DNA from: a virus
Lineage: Duplodnaviria; Caudoviricetes
Virus record (IMG/VR): IMGVR_UViG_3300048074_000056
Span: 1-50,615 of that record
Reading direction: 5' to 3' (one strand)
Length of the DNA: 50,615 nucleotides
Shown one piece after another: positions 16,015 to 24,867 of the stretch. The translations under genes were made by a program, and so were the position numbers. How positions within the stretch are numbered: position 1 is the stretch's first letter; every line of letters starts with the position of its first letter. The notes beneath the pieces are model-generated. The model had not been told where the DNA came from, made no database searches, and saw only the letters and a program-made list of their open reading frames with translations.

Positions 16015-17501
16015 CCACCGACCTCGACCGCATCTGTCGTAACCTGACAGCTCCGTGGGGGGATCACCCCGAGGGGAAGGTTGGGTGGGGAACCGCCCAC
16101 CCCAACATCTCCACCCTCGCGGTCCCCCCCACCCAACTCCACCTCTACAACACCTTCGACCTCCACTGGACAGCCCAGCTCCACGACGTCCTCACCCGCG
16201 AACTCCGCTCCAACAACCAGCTCCCCTATTGGCGTAACCGCATCGTCCCCCGGGTGGAGGCGGGGATGGCGATGGCTGCCCGTGGTTTGAGGGTGGACCC
16301 CGCCGAGGTATCGCGACTTCGCAGCCAGCTAACCGCCGAGCTAAAGGAAACCGAGGCGGTGGTGAGGGAGGTGGCCCCCACCCTCAACTTCGCTTCCCCC
16401 AAACAACGAGCCGAGTTTTTGCATGGAGCACCCCCCGCTGGCCTCGGTCTGCCGTTGGTGTCTCGCACCGCAAAGGGAGCCCCCTCCACCAACCAAGACT
16501 CCCTCGACCGTCTCCTCAAGCGAATCAAGGGGGTCCGCAAGTACGAGGGAGCCATCCCCATCCTCCACGCCCTCTTCCACCGCTCTCGCCTCTCCACCAT
16601 CCTCTCTCGCTACCTCGATCTCCCCATCGACCGGGACGGCCGAGTCCGACCCCGTCTTCGCATGTATGGGGCTGCCACCGGCCGATGGTCCTACACCGAG
16701 CCCGCCATCCACCAATACCCCTCCGAGTGTCGAAGCATGTTTGTGGCGGCTCCCGGACACCTCTTGGTGTCAGCCGACTACTCGCAGGTAGAGGCTCGCA
16801 TCTTCGCGTGGGTGGTGGGGCTCCCTACCATGCTGGAAACGTTCCGGCAGGGTGGGGACGTCCACACCATGAACGCCCTCATTCTGTTTGGGTGGTCGCC
16901 CACCCACTGGGAAACCCTAACCCCCACCATGCGTAAAGCGGCCCGCAACGCTGCCAAGGTGTTCCTGTATGGGGTTTGCTTGTATGGGGGGCAGGCCGAG
17001 TCGGTCCACTCCAAACTCTTCTGCCCATGCCCTCGATGTGCTGAGCGGCTGCCCCCCACCATCTCCCAGACCCGCACCGAGCTGCGGGTAGCCCAAGACC
17101 GATGGATGGCCAACCACCCCCAAGTCCTCCTTTGGAGGGAGAGGGTGGTGAGGGAGGTATTGTCCCCCGGGGGATCTCGTACCTACACCAACCCATTCGG
17201 CCAGAAGCGATACTTCTCGGGGTGGGGGCCCGAGGTGGAACGTCAACTCTTCAACTACCCCTGCCAGTCGACCGCCATGGACCTCATCAGCGAAGCTCAG
17301 GTGGAGCTGCACCGAAGGGGATGCCCCATCATCCTCCAACACCACGACTCCCTCGTGGCCGAGGTGCCTGAGGGAGAGGTGGATCGGTGGGCCTCCCTCA
17401 TGCAATCCATTATGACGTGCCCCCGCCCCGAGATTCCTGACCTCCCCCTCGCCGTCGATGTCGAGGTGGGGAGGTCGTGGGGAACCCTCCGCCCCATCTA
17501 G
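16011..17501 (+). CDS. polA: DNA polymerase family A, ExoIII plus polymerase domain (split polymerase piece 3)
   Basis: YNTFD (ExoIII), ATGRWS, ADYSQVEARI (motif A), RNAAKVFLYG (motif B), NYPCQS, HHDSL (motif C). Confidence 0.93.
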   Translation: MTTDLDRICRNLTAPWGDHPEGKVGWGTAHPNISTLAVPPTQLHLYNTFDLHWTAQLHDVLTRELRSNNQLPYWRNRIVPRVEAGMAMAARGLRVDPAEVSRLRSQLTAELKETEAVVREVAPTLNFASPKQRAEFLHGAPPAGLGLPLVSRTAKGAPSTNQDSLDRLLKRIKGVRKYEGAIPILHALFHRSRLSTILSRYLDLPIDRDGRVRPRLRMYGAATGRWSYTEPAIHQYPSECRSMFVAAPGHLLVSADYSQVEARIFAWVVGLPTMLETFRQGGDVHTMNALILFGWSPTHWETLTPTMRKAARNAAKVFLYGVCLYGGQAESVHSKLFCPCPRCAERLPPTISQTRTELRVAQDRWMANHPQVLLWRERVVREVLSPGGSRTYTNPFGQKRYFSGWGPEVERQLFNYPCQSTAMDLISEAQVELHRRGCPIILQHHDSLVAEVPEGEVDRWASLMQSIMTCPRPEIPDLPLAVDVEVGRSWGTLRPI

Positions 17502-17557
17502 GGGTCCAACTCCACACCCGAATCGACTACACTGCCAGTGACCCCCGGAGGCTCCCT

Positions 17558-19276
17558 TTGAGTAACCCTAACGACACGGCGGCGGCGGGTTCTGGTCTCC
17601 CCGCCCCGATCGCCCTGCATGATGCTGCCGAGCGTGCCAAAGCCGCCCTCCATGCTCTCAACGAAGTTCTCGACTCCCCCGTCATCCGTACCGATACCGA
17701 GGTGAGGGTTTCCCTCATTCTCACCCTCTCCAACCCCAGCATCCTCTTCCTTGGGAAGGATCGGGTGCGAGCCCTCCACCAACGAGTGGCCGGCGCTCTC
17801 GGGATGACTGTCGATCGCCTTCACGCCGTCCTGCGCCTCAACGAGGTGTTTGAGATACGGCGGGCGATTCGTCCCGTCGAACAACGGCCGGTTAGTGCTG
17901 GGCGAGCCCCGATCGGTGAGCTGTTCCCTACCGACGGTTGGCTCGGTACATATCTCAAGTATGTGAGCGAGAATCAAGTGCCGCTCGGGTGGCATTTTTG
18001 GTGTGGGGTGTCGGCGCTGGGGACGGCGGCCCGCCGCAACTTCTACATCGACCGCGGTAACAACGTCCTCTACATGAACCACTATGTGTTTCTGTTGGGG
18101 CCAACCGGCTCAGGTAAGACGACCGCCATCAAACCAGCCCAGTCCCTCATCCTCAACATGAACGAGCACATCCTCCGTCAAACCTCGGTCGCGACCACCG
18201 ACACCGTTACCGTCCTCCCCGAGCAGATCACCCCCCAGCGTCTCATCCAGCTCCTCAAACACGAACCCACATGGGTAGACCGAGGACTCGACTCCCAAGT
18301 GGCGGTGTTCCCCGATGCCTGTGGCTACCTTGCCGCCGACGAGGCTGTCACCCTCATCGGCAAAGACCTGTTTGCTCCCTCCGTGATGATCCACCTCCTC
18401 ACCGCTCTCTATACCAAAGACAACTTCGAGGCCGGCACCATCACCCGCGGTGACTTCAAACTCCACAACGTCACCCTCAACATAGTGTTGGGTAGTACCC
18501 TCGATTGGTTGAGGGAGGGCATCACCCGCGACATGTTTGGTGGCGGGTTCATGGGTAGGTGGGTGTTCGCATATCGGGGGAGATCGGTAGCCCCTGTCGA
18601 TGAACCGGCCCCTCTCGATCCCCTCATGGAGAACGAGCTAGCGCAGTGGTTAGCGAGGTTGGCGACCGCTCCCCGCACCGAGTTGATTCGGACCCCCGCG
18701 GCCATCTCGTGGTTCAAACAGTGGTATCGACGCCACTACGAACTAAACCAAGATGAGACGTGGTTGTCAGGTTACTACGCTCGCAAGGGAGATCACCTCT
18801 ACAAACTGGCGGGTGTCCTCACCCTCTCGCAGGGTTCAACTACCATCACCGACGAGACGATGCGTCACGCCCTCGCCATCCTCGACGCCGAGGAGCGCAG
18901 CTACCCCGCGGCCTTCCGCCTCATTGGGGCTCACGCTCGATCTCGCATCTACGAACACGTCCTAACCCTGCTGAGGAGGTCGGCATCCCAAACCCTCCCC
19001 ATCACCAGCCTCCTCGCCCAGAGCTACCACCTGTGTGGCGGCAAGCGAGAGTTCGACGACATCCTCACCACCCTCGCTGCTTGTGGTGCGGTGAGGGTGT
19101 GGGTGGATCAAGTCGGCAAGAAGGCCATTCAGATGGCGTCGGTGGTCCCCGACGAGGTGGATGGGGAGGCTTGGGTGGATGGAGTCAACCCGCTTGCCAC
19201 GGCTCCCGGGCCGCCGGCCGACTCCCCGTGGACCACCGTACCCTTACCCTCCACCAAACCATCGGGGGACTCGTGA
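17558..19276 (+). CDS. DUF3987-type P-loop helicase
   Basis: YVFLLGPTGSGKTTAI, ADEA, TITRG, GGFMGRWVF; start uncertain (ORF open from 17477). Confidence 0.7.
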   Translation: MSNPNDTAAAGSGLPAPIALHDAAERAKAALHALNEVLDSPVIRTDTEVRVSLILTLSNPSILFLGKDRVRALHQRVAGALGMTVDRLHAVLRLNEVFEIRRAIRPVEQRPVSAGRAPIGELFPTDGWLGTYLKYVSENQVPLGWHFWCGVSALGTAARRNFYIDRGNNVLYMNHYVFLLGPTGSGKTTAIKPAQSLILNMNEHILRQTSVATTDTVTVLPEQITPQRLIQLLKHEPTWVDRGLDSQVAVFPDACGYLAADEAVTLIGKDLFAPSVMIHLLTALYTKDNFEAGTITRGDFKLHNVTLNIVLGSTLDWLREGITRDMFGGGFMGRWVFAYRGRSVAPVDEPAPLDPLMENELAQWLARLATAPRTELIRTPAAISWFKQWYRRHYELNQDETWLSGYYARKGDHLYKLAGVLTLSQGSTTITDETMRHALAILDAEERSYPAAFRLIGAHARSRIYEHVLTLLRRSASQTLPITSLLAQSYHLCGGKREFDDILTTLAACGAVRVWVDQVGKKAIQMASVVPDEVDGEAWVDGVNPLATAPGPPADSPWTTVPLPSTKPSGDS

Positions 19277-20241
19277 GGGTAGGGGGGCCACCCTACCACC
19301 CCCGCCAGCGTGTCCCCCCACATGTCCCCCACGTCACCCCTCCACTGGAGGCCGGGAATCTGCCGAGCCACCATCCCGGCCACCGCCACCACCTGCTGGG
19401 TGAGGAGATGGGGGAGGTTGCCGGCGGCCACCGCCACCCCCACCAACCCATCCCTACCCCCCGTCACCACCTCCCGACGGTCGGGGTCCACCCTCACATC
19501 GTGAAGATGGAGGTGCTTCCACGCGGCGTCGGGGAGGGTGAGGGGGAGGTCGGCCGAGGAGGGGGTGTTGGCGATGGTGGGCCACGGGGCCAGCGAGAGG
19601 GGGAGAACCATCCCAAACTGTTCCCCATCCCCCATCTCCATCATCAGGTTGAAGAGGAGGGAGCGGGTCGGGAAAGCCCACCCCTCTCCCAACTCTAGGG
19701 TGGGGGGACCGCCGTCGGGGTCAGGAAGGAGGGGGTAGTAGGTGGGGGTGTCGACCGCCGTCGCCATCGACCCCCATCGTTTGTGGAGGGGATGATCGGG
19801 GGCGAGCCGAACCGCGAGGGCACCACCCCACACCCCCGGTCCCTTCCCACCATCCCACGCCCCCATCGCCCCCACCACCATCACCACGTCAGGCTCCCCA
19901 TCCCCAACCTGAGTCTGGAGGAGGAGCCCCATCCCATGCTCCCTCCCCCCGGGGACATCCCCACCCACCATCCCCATCACCCCCTCGGGGATCGGGGTGA
20001 GGATTGGGGGTAGGATGCGACGGTGGGTAGCGATGAGGTGGCGAGTCCCTGCCATCACCTCCCTCGCCACCACCTCTAGTTGGTTGGTGGGCAGGGAGTG
20101 GAGGGAGGTGGGCCCCCACCCCTCCTTGAAACGGTCCCGGTGGATGTGGAGGGCCACGTCGACCCCCTGCCGCTGGAGGCGGTTGGCGAGGGGAAGCAAC
20201 TCTAGTCCGTGACTGACGAGGAGGAGGGGTGTGGGGTGCAT
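19129..20241 (-). CDS. Degenerate PurD/ATP-grasp-like phage protein
   Basis: N-terminal LLLVS...LANRLQRQGVDVALHI, LSLAPWP, C-terminal IPGLQWRGDVGD resemble phage phosphoribosylamine-glycine-ligase-like proteins. Confidence 0.5.
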   Translation of the reverse strand: MHPTPLLLVSHGLELLPLANRLQRQGVDVALHIHRDRFKEGWGPTSLHSLPTNQLEVVAREVMAGTRHLIATHRRILPPILTPIPEGVMGMVGGDVPGGREHGMGLLLQTQVGDGEPDVVMVVGAMGAWDGGKGPGVWGGALAVRLAPDHPLHKRWGSMATAVDTPTYYPLLPDPDGGPPTLELGEGWAFPTRSLLFNLMMEMGDGEQFGMVLPLSLAPWPTIANTPSSADLPLTLPDAAWKHLHLHDVRVDPDRREVVTGGRDGLVGVAVAAGNLPHLLTQQVVAVAGMVARQIPGLQWRGDVGDMWGDTLAGVVGWPPYPHESPDGLVEGKGTVVHGESAGGPGAVASGLTPSTQASPSTSSGTTDAI

Positions 20242-20256
20242 AAAGGGAGTCTACTC

Positions 20257-22725
20257 CTAGCGATTTGGACTACCAAACAACCCGGGAACACCGGAGCCGG
20301 GCTTTTTGATGGATCGCCCAGTCTGAGCGGAGTCGAGGGGCGGCGTTGTGCTGTTGGCATCACGAAGGATCTGATCGATGGCCGCCGGCTCCAACACCTG
20401 CACCGCCTCGGGGTTATCAAGAATCCCCTCCGTCTTGAGGGCAAGCAGATACTGGGCGAAAGCTCGGATGCCGGCCGCCGTCCCGGGGATCGACGTCGCA
20501 CCCACGGTGAGCCATCGAGACACCGCTCGATTCTTCATGGCTAGCCCAATCCCAATAGGTGTGAGGAGAGCGTAAGGGGCATAGTTGGCCCCTTGCCCAA
20601 GGTCGGGCCCAAACCCCAACATGGCACCAGCAGCGCCTGCCTGAACAAGCTGGAGAGCGACCGCACCGGGAAAATGCTTGGAGGCAGACCGCTGAGAGAT
20701 GGCGAGGGCGCGCATCCCCAGTCGAACGGAGTTTCGTTCCTCTTGCTTGGGGAATAGGAGTTCAACCCGACGATCCCCCCTACCTCCCCACCGATCCATC
20801 TCTCGTTCGAGCTTCGTACCGTCAATGTCCTTATAGGCTCGGGTCGTCTGGGTGGCTGAGTCGGCGATCCCCATTCCCGTAGGGTTTTCGACCCCACTCC
20901 TCTCAATCCAATCCGACAGGAACTCCCCTTGCATTCGCCGGATGGTGTTGGCGGCTCTCGCACGAGAGGCGGAGTTACCATCGTGGGTGTGAATAATCTT
21001 GATGATCTTCTCAAGTTCGTCGGGATCAGCCTTGCGGGCAGCCTCCGCAATCTCCGCAGGGGTGGCGAGTTTGGAGATGGTTTCTGTGAGCCGCTGCTCG
21101 AACATCTCGTTGGTCTTGGCGTACCAGTGGTCCACGTTGTCGAGAGCCACCCGTACATCGACACCATTTTCGAGTTCACTGAGTGCTCGGTCGATGTCTG
21201 CCTCGGCGGCACCCTTCAGCTTGGAGATGACTCCGATTTGGGTGTTGGTGAAGGGAACCCCGGACACCGCATCCCTTTTGAGAGACTTCAACCCCGACAA
21301 CAACGTGCGGGCGTCGCTGAACGATCGAGTAAAGGGAACCTTCACACGAGGGATAGCTTCATCCTCTGCGATCCCCAACCCCTCCCGAAGCACGACCTTC
21401 TCCGCCTCGGTCATCTGGTTGGACTTATTGAGGATCTCCTCAATGACACCCTTCACACCACCAACCGAACTCTGTAGTCCCGGCCCATGAGGCCCATATC
21501 TTGCCTCCAAGTCACCGGCTACCGCCTTGAGACCCTTGAAGTTCACAAAGTCATCGGCTTCTCCGGCTGCCCCTGCGAGTTCGTCCACCTCCCCATACAA
21601 CAGATCACGCTGGGTCCGAACGGTGTCCCTCGCGATTTGGTTTCGGTCCTTGAGAATGCTGCCAAACGATGGTCGATCAATCCTCGCTCCCGACACCGGG
21701 TCAAACGTGTAGTCGGGGCCAGCCAGCTTCTCGACCATGCTGTTCACGTTGTCGGTGGCCATCTGCTCGACTTCTCGGCGGTTGGCTCGCATCATGGGAT
21801 TGGAGAATATCCCAATCTCACTCACACCCTCGGCGAGGTGAGGAGGGGTACCCTCGGGGGTGAGCTGACCGGGGGTCGGCAAACCCATCTTCCCGGGCTT
21901 TCTGCCAAGGGTGTGGAGATAGTAGTAAGCGGCGGCGTCGTCACGGTTCACGGAGGAGGCGAATGGTGCTACCACCCTGTTGGCAAACGGGAGCTTCTTC
22001 ATGCCCTTTACCAACGCCTCCCCACCCAAGGAAAGGGCCGGGGCAATCCCGGTCTGGAGAGTTTCCCCTGTCGCCCCCACGAGGAAATCGACGGCGGCTT
22101 GCCCGGCACTGGTCTGGTTCCCAAGGAGGCGATCGTAACCGTAGCCGGCGGCTGCGGTCCCAGCCCCCGACACACCCGCCCGAGCGGCGATTCTTCCCGG
22201 CATCTTCCCTAGCTGACGGTAGGTTTCGGTCATCGCACGAGTGGCTGAACTCAGCGTCTCGGCTTTCGACATTGTGCCATGCGTGGCAGCCTTCCCTAGT
22301 TGGAAGAGACGAGCGTCGGTGTAGGAAGGGAGGGTGAGAGCTGAGATACCAAATCGAGTAAGGAGGGCTTCGGCTGCCAACGGTGCGATTGCCCCCAATC
22401 CCGTAGTGATGGCATCCCGCAAGACATCGGGGTGATCTTTCACCGTCCTACCGGCTCTCTCTACCTCGTACGCGATGGCGGCCGGTGAGCCGGGGTGGTC
22501 GGCGGCGTGCATCATCCGTTCATACTCTTCGAGGCTGACCAACCCCTCGGGATCGACCTGCGCCATGGGATCTGTTGTGCCGGCGATAGCCTCTCCCATC
22601 CCAACCTTAGTGGTGGGCGGCGGCGGCTCATTGGGGCGGACATCGACGACGTTGGGGTCCACCTTCACATAGTCACGAAACCGGCTGGCGGTCGGTCGAT
22701 AGATGGGATCGGTAGGTTCGGCCAT
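20257..22725 (-). CDS. Internal virion / DNA ejection protein
   Basis: 822 aa, helical, Ala/Gly-rich hydrophobic segments, last in structural operon. Confidence 0.6.
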   Translation of the reverse strand: MAEPTDPIYRPTASRFRDYVKVDPNVVDVRPNEPPPPTTKVGMGEAIAGTTDPMAQVDPEGLVSLEEYERMMHAADHPGSPAAIAYEVERAGRTVKDHPDVLRDAITTGLGAIAPLAAEALLTRFGISALTLPSYTDARLFQLGKAATHGTMSKAETLSSATRAMTETYRQLGKMPGRIAARAGVSGAGTAAAGYGYDRLLGNQTSAGQAAVDFLVGATGETLQTGIAPALSLGGEALVKGMKKLPFANRVVAPFASSVNRDDAAAYYYLHTLGRKPGKMGLPTPGQLTPEGTPPHLAEGVSEIGIFSNPMMRANRREVEQMATDNVNSMVEKLAGPDYTFDPVSGARIDRPSFGSILKDRNQIARDTVRTQRDLLYGEVDELAGAAGEADDFVNFKGLKAVAGDLEARYGPHGPGLQSSVGGVKGVIEEILNKSNQMTEAEKVVLREGLGIAEDEAIPRVKVPFTRSFSDARTLLSGLKSLKRDAVSGVPFTNTQIGVISKLKGAAEADIDRALSELENGVDVRVALDNVDHWYAKTNEMFEQRLTETISKLATPAEIAEAARKADPDELEKIIKIIHTHDGNSASRARAANTIRRMQGEFLSDWIERSGVENPTGMGIADSATQTTRAYKDIDGTKLEREMDRWGGRGDRRVELLFPKQEERNSVRLGMRALAISQRSASKHFPGAVALQLVQAGAAGAMLGFGPDLGQGANYAPYALLTPIGIGLAMKNRAVSRWLTVGATSIPGTAAGIRAFAQYLLALKTEGILDNPEAVQVLEPAAIDQILRDANSTTPPLDSAQTGRSIKKPGSGVPGLFGSPNR

Positions 22726-22728
22726 CGC

Positions 22729-24369
22729 TCACCTCTGTAGCTTAGGGGAAAGTCGAGGGAGGGTATCAGGCGACAACCCTTGCTCTGCCAACCATCCATC
22801 CTGCGCTGCTTGCAAGTTATGGGTCAGTTTGTTCTGGATGGCGTATTCCTTGATCTTACCCGTCACATAAGTCCCCATCCCCTCCAGACTCAATCTACGA
22901 TCCGCAAAGAGTTCGTTGCGGTCGACCGCATCCTTGGAGTCGAGATATCGCTGGGTGAGGTCGGGGTCGACAAAATCACCGTTTAGGAGCGCCTGACTTC
23001 GGATGACCGCCAACCCTCGCTTACGGTAGAGGTCGTCAATGACCTGTCTCGCCTTCTCGGGCCCCATCCCCTCCAGACTCGGCCACACCTTCTCCATCCA
23101 CTTGATCTCGAAGTCGGAGAGTTGTTTGCCGGCGGTTTCATACAACCACTTCGAGAATGCTTCGCGGTTGGCGTTTTGGTAGGAGGAATACTCTAGGTAG
23201 CCTTTGAGAACTTCTTTACCAGCCTCGCCCCTCGCAGCCAACTCTTGTAGGATGGTTGCCTTGTCGAGCTTCTCCAAACCCCACTGCTTGAGTTGTCCGT
23301 AGAAGGTGTGAGCTTCAGGCACAAACCTGTCGCGCATGTCTTTCAACCCACTCATCGCACTCAACCCTACGTTGATCTGATGTTGGAGTTCGGACCGAAT
23401 GCTCATGGTGGGTTTGCCCGGCATGATGATGTTGGCGTTGATGTTGGTGGATCGGGATGGAGCGGTAAGGGTGGTACCAAGGGGAATCTCCGACCTGCGT
23501 CGATAGGTGTCACCTGACCTCTGCCATGCTCCTTCATTCTGAAGTTTGGTTTGTTCCAAGTTGGTTTGGAGCACAAAGTCAACCACTTGGTCGTCGCTCA
23601 GGTTGGGGAGGATGGTTCCCAACACCTTGTCAACCGTAGACTTGTCGGAGATGTTTGTGGTCAGGTAGGCGAGCCGATCCCGCAACTTGACCCACCCCTC
23701 CTGCTTGGTCTTGGCGGCGTCGTTCATCAGTTGACCGTACTGGTAGGGAGTGAGAGCGTTGGGGGTCGTCTCCCGGCTGGTTTCGTTGGTGTTGATGATT
23801 CGGAAGGTTCCGTCGGGCATCAACACCGGCTTTGAGGTGTTGCGGTTTCGGGAGGTGGTGAGGGTTGGGGGTACCCCAAACAACCCACCACCCTGCACGG
23901 CACCGGGAGCCATCGGCTGACCGCCAGCCACCTGCCCCACCATCCCCTGCTGGACCCCGGCACCCCCAAGGACGCCACCTCCCTGCCCGGTGGGGGCCGC
24001 CTGCCCGTTCGTAGCCAGAGAGCCCGCCACCCCTCCCAACTCGGCGTAGGGGTTGGTGGGAATGCCGCCCGCCGGGTTGGCGGGGTTCATCTGCTGGGGA
24101 GCCGGGGGGGTGATGCCCTCGGCCTCGGCCTCATCCGCGGCCATCTGCTCAGCCTTCGCACGTCGGCTGGCCTCGTTGGAGACGAGATTGGCACGAGCTT
24201 TGAGTTGGGCGTGCTGGGCCTTCTGCTCGGCTTCTCGGGTGTCGAGCTGGGCGTTCAAGGTAGCGCGAAGCTGGTTGAGTTGGGCTGCCTCGACCGGACC
24301 CAACTGGGCGGCCACCTCAGCCTCCCGTTGGGCTTTCTCGGCTACTTGAGCACTACGGGTCACAGCCAC
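22729..24369 (-). CDS. Internal virion / DNA ejection protein
   Basis: 546 aa, coiled coil plus Gln/Gly/Pro linker; synteny. Confidence 0.6.
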   Translation of the reverse strand: MAVTRSAQVAEKAQREAEVAAQLGPVEAAQLNQLRATLNAQLDTREAEQKAQHAQLKARANLVSNEASRRAKAEQMAADEAEAEGITPPAPQQMNPANPAGGIPTNPYAELGGVAGSLATNGQAAPTGQGGGVLGGAGVQQGMVGQVAGGQPMAPGAVQGGGLFGVPPTLTTSRNRNTSKPVLMPDGTFRIINTNETSRETTPNALTPYQYGQLMNDAAKTKQEGWVKLRDRLAYLTTNISDKSTVDKVLGTILPNLSDDQVVDFVLQTNLEQTKLQNEGAWQRSGDTYRRRSEIPLGTTLTAPSRSTNINANIIMPGKPTMSIRSELQHQINVGLSAMSGLKDMRDRFVPEAHTFYGQLKQWGLEKLDKATILQELAARGEAGKEVLKGYLEYSSYQNANREAFSKWLYETAGKQLSDFEIKWMEKVWPSLEGMGPEKARQVIDDLYRKRGLAVIRSQALLNGDFVDPDLTQRYLDSKDAVDRNELFADRRLSLEGMGTYVTGKIKEYAIQNKLTHNLQAAQDGWLAEQGLSPDTLPRLSPKLQR

Positions 24370-24371
24370 GA

Positions 24372-24857
24372 CTACTCCTTCCCGGTCCCGCGAAGGTTGC
24401 CGAGGGCGGTCAGGATGTTGGCGATGAGACTCAAGCGGGGACCGGTGGGGTCGGTGAGGGCCGGGTTGGGGTGGGTAAGGCCGCCTGTGAAGTGGACCTT
24501 GCCGGTGCCTCCCGGGGCCGCCACTCCCGGAGAGTAGTTGGCACCGAGCATCTGCTGAGCGAGTTGGGTGGGAACCATCGCAGGGAGGTCGGTCACGGGT
24601 TTGGTGTACCCCATCCCCGCCAACATCTGGTCGATCATGTCGCGGGTCGCCAACAGTTGGGCGAGGCTACCTATTCCACCCATCCCCGGCGACATCCCCG
24701 GTGGCAGGCCCGGGTGGGAGCCGGGTTTGGGAGCCGTGGGCCATCCCAACGGACGTGGGCCCGTTGTGGGATTGATGTATCCCATGGCGGCATCGGTGGT
24801 GGAAGGGGGTGTGAGGGCCGGTTGACCGTCGAGGTATCCAAACTTGGGCTCATCCAC
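24372..24857 (-). CDS. Hypothetical virion-associated protein
   Basis: GTG start after AAGGAG; Pro/Gly-rich. Confidence 0.55.
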   Translation of the reverse strand: MDEPKFGYLDGQPALTPPSTTDAAMGYINPTTGPRPLGWPTAPKPGSHPGLPPGMSPGMGGIGSLAQLLATRDMIDQMLAGMGYTKPVTDLPAMVPTQLAQQMLGANYSPGVAAPGGTGKVHFTGGLTHPNPALTDPTGPRLSLIANILTALGNLRGTGKE

Positions 24858-24867
24858 GGCTGTCTCC

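Noticed and set aside
7200-16150. Inteins or self-splicing introns explaining the split polymerase
   Set aside because: No intein terminal motifs (HN-C/S/T) at fragment ends, no recognisable intron core or homing endonuclease; gaps hold ordinary coupled genes.
18760-19698. Long alternative-frame ORFs such as 18760..19698, 35993..37111, 5113..6018 and 42714..43595
   Set aside because: They shadow better-supported genes, have Arg/Pro/Gly-biased composition and are expected in high-GC DNA.
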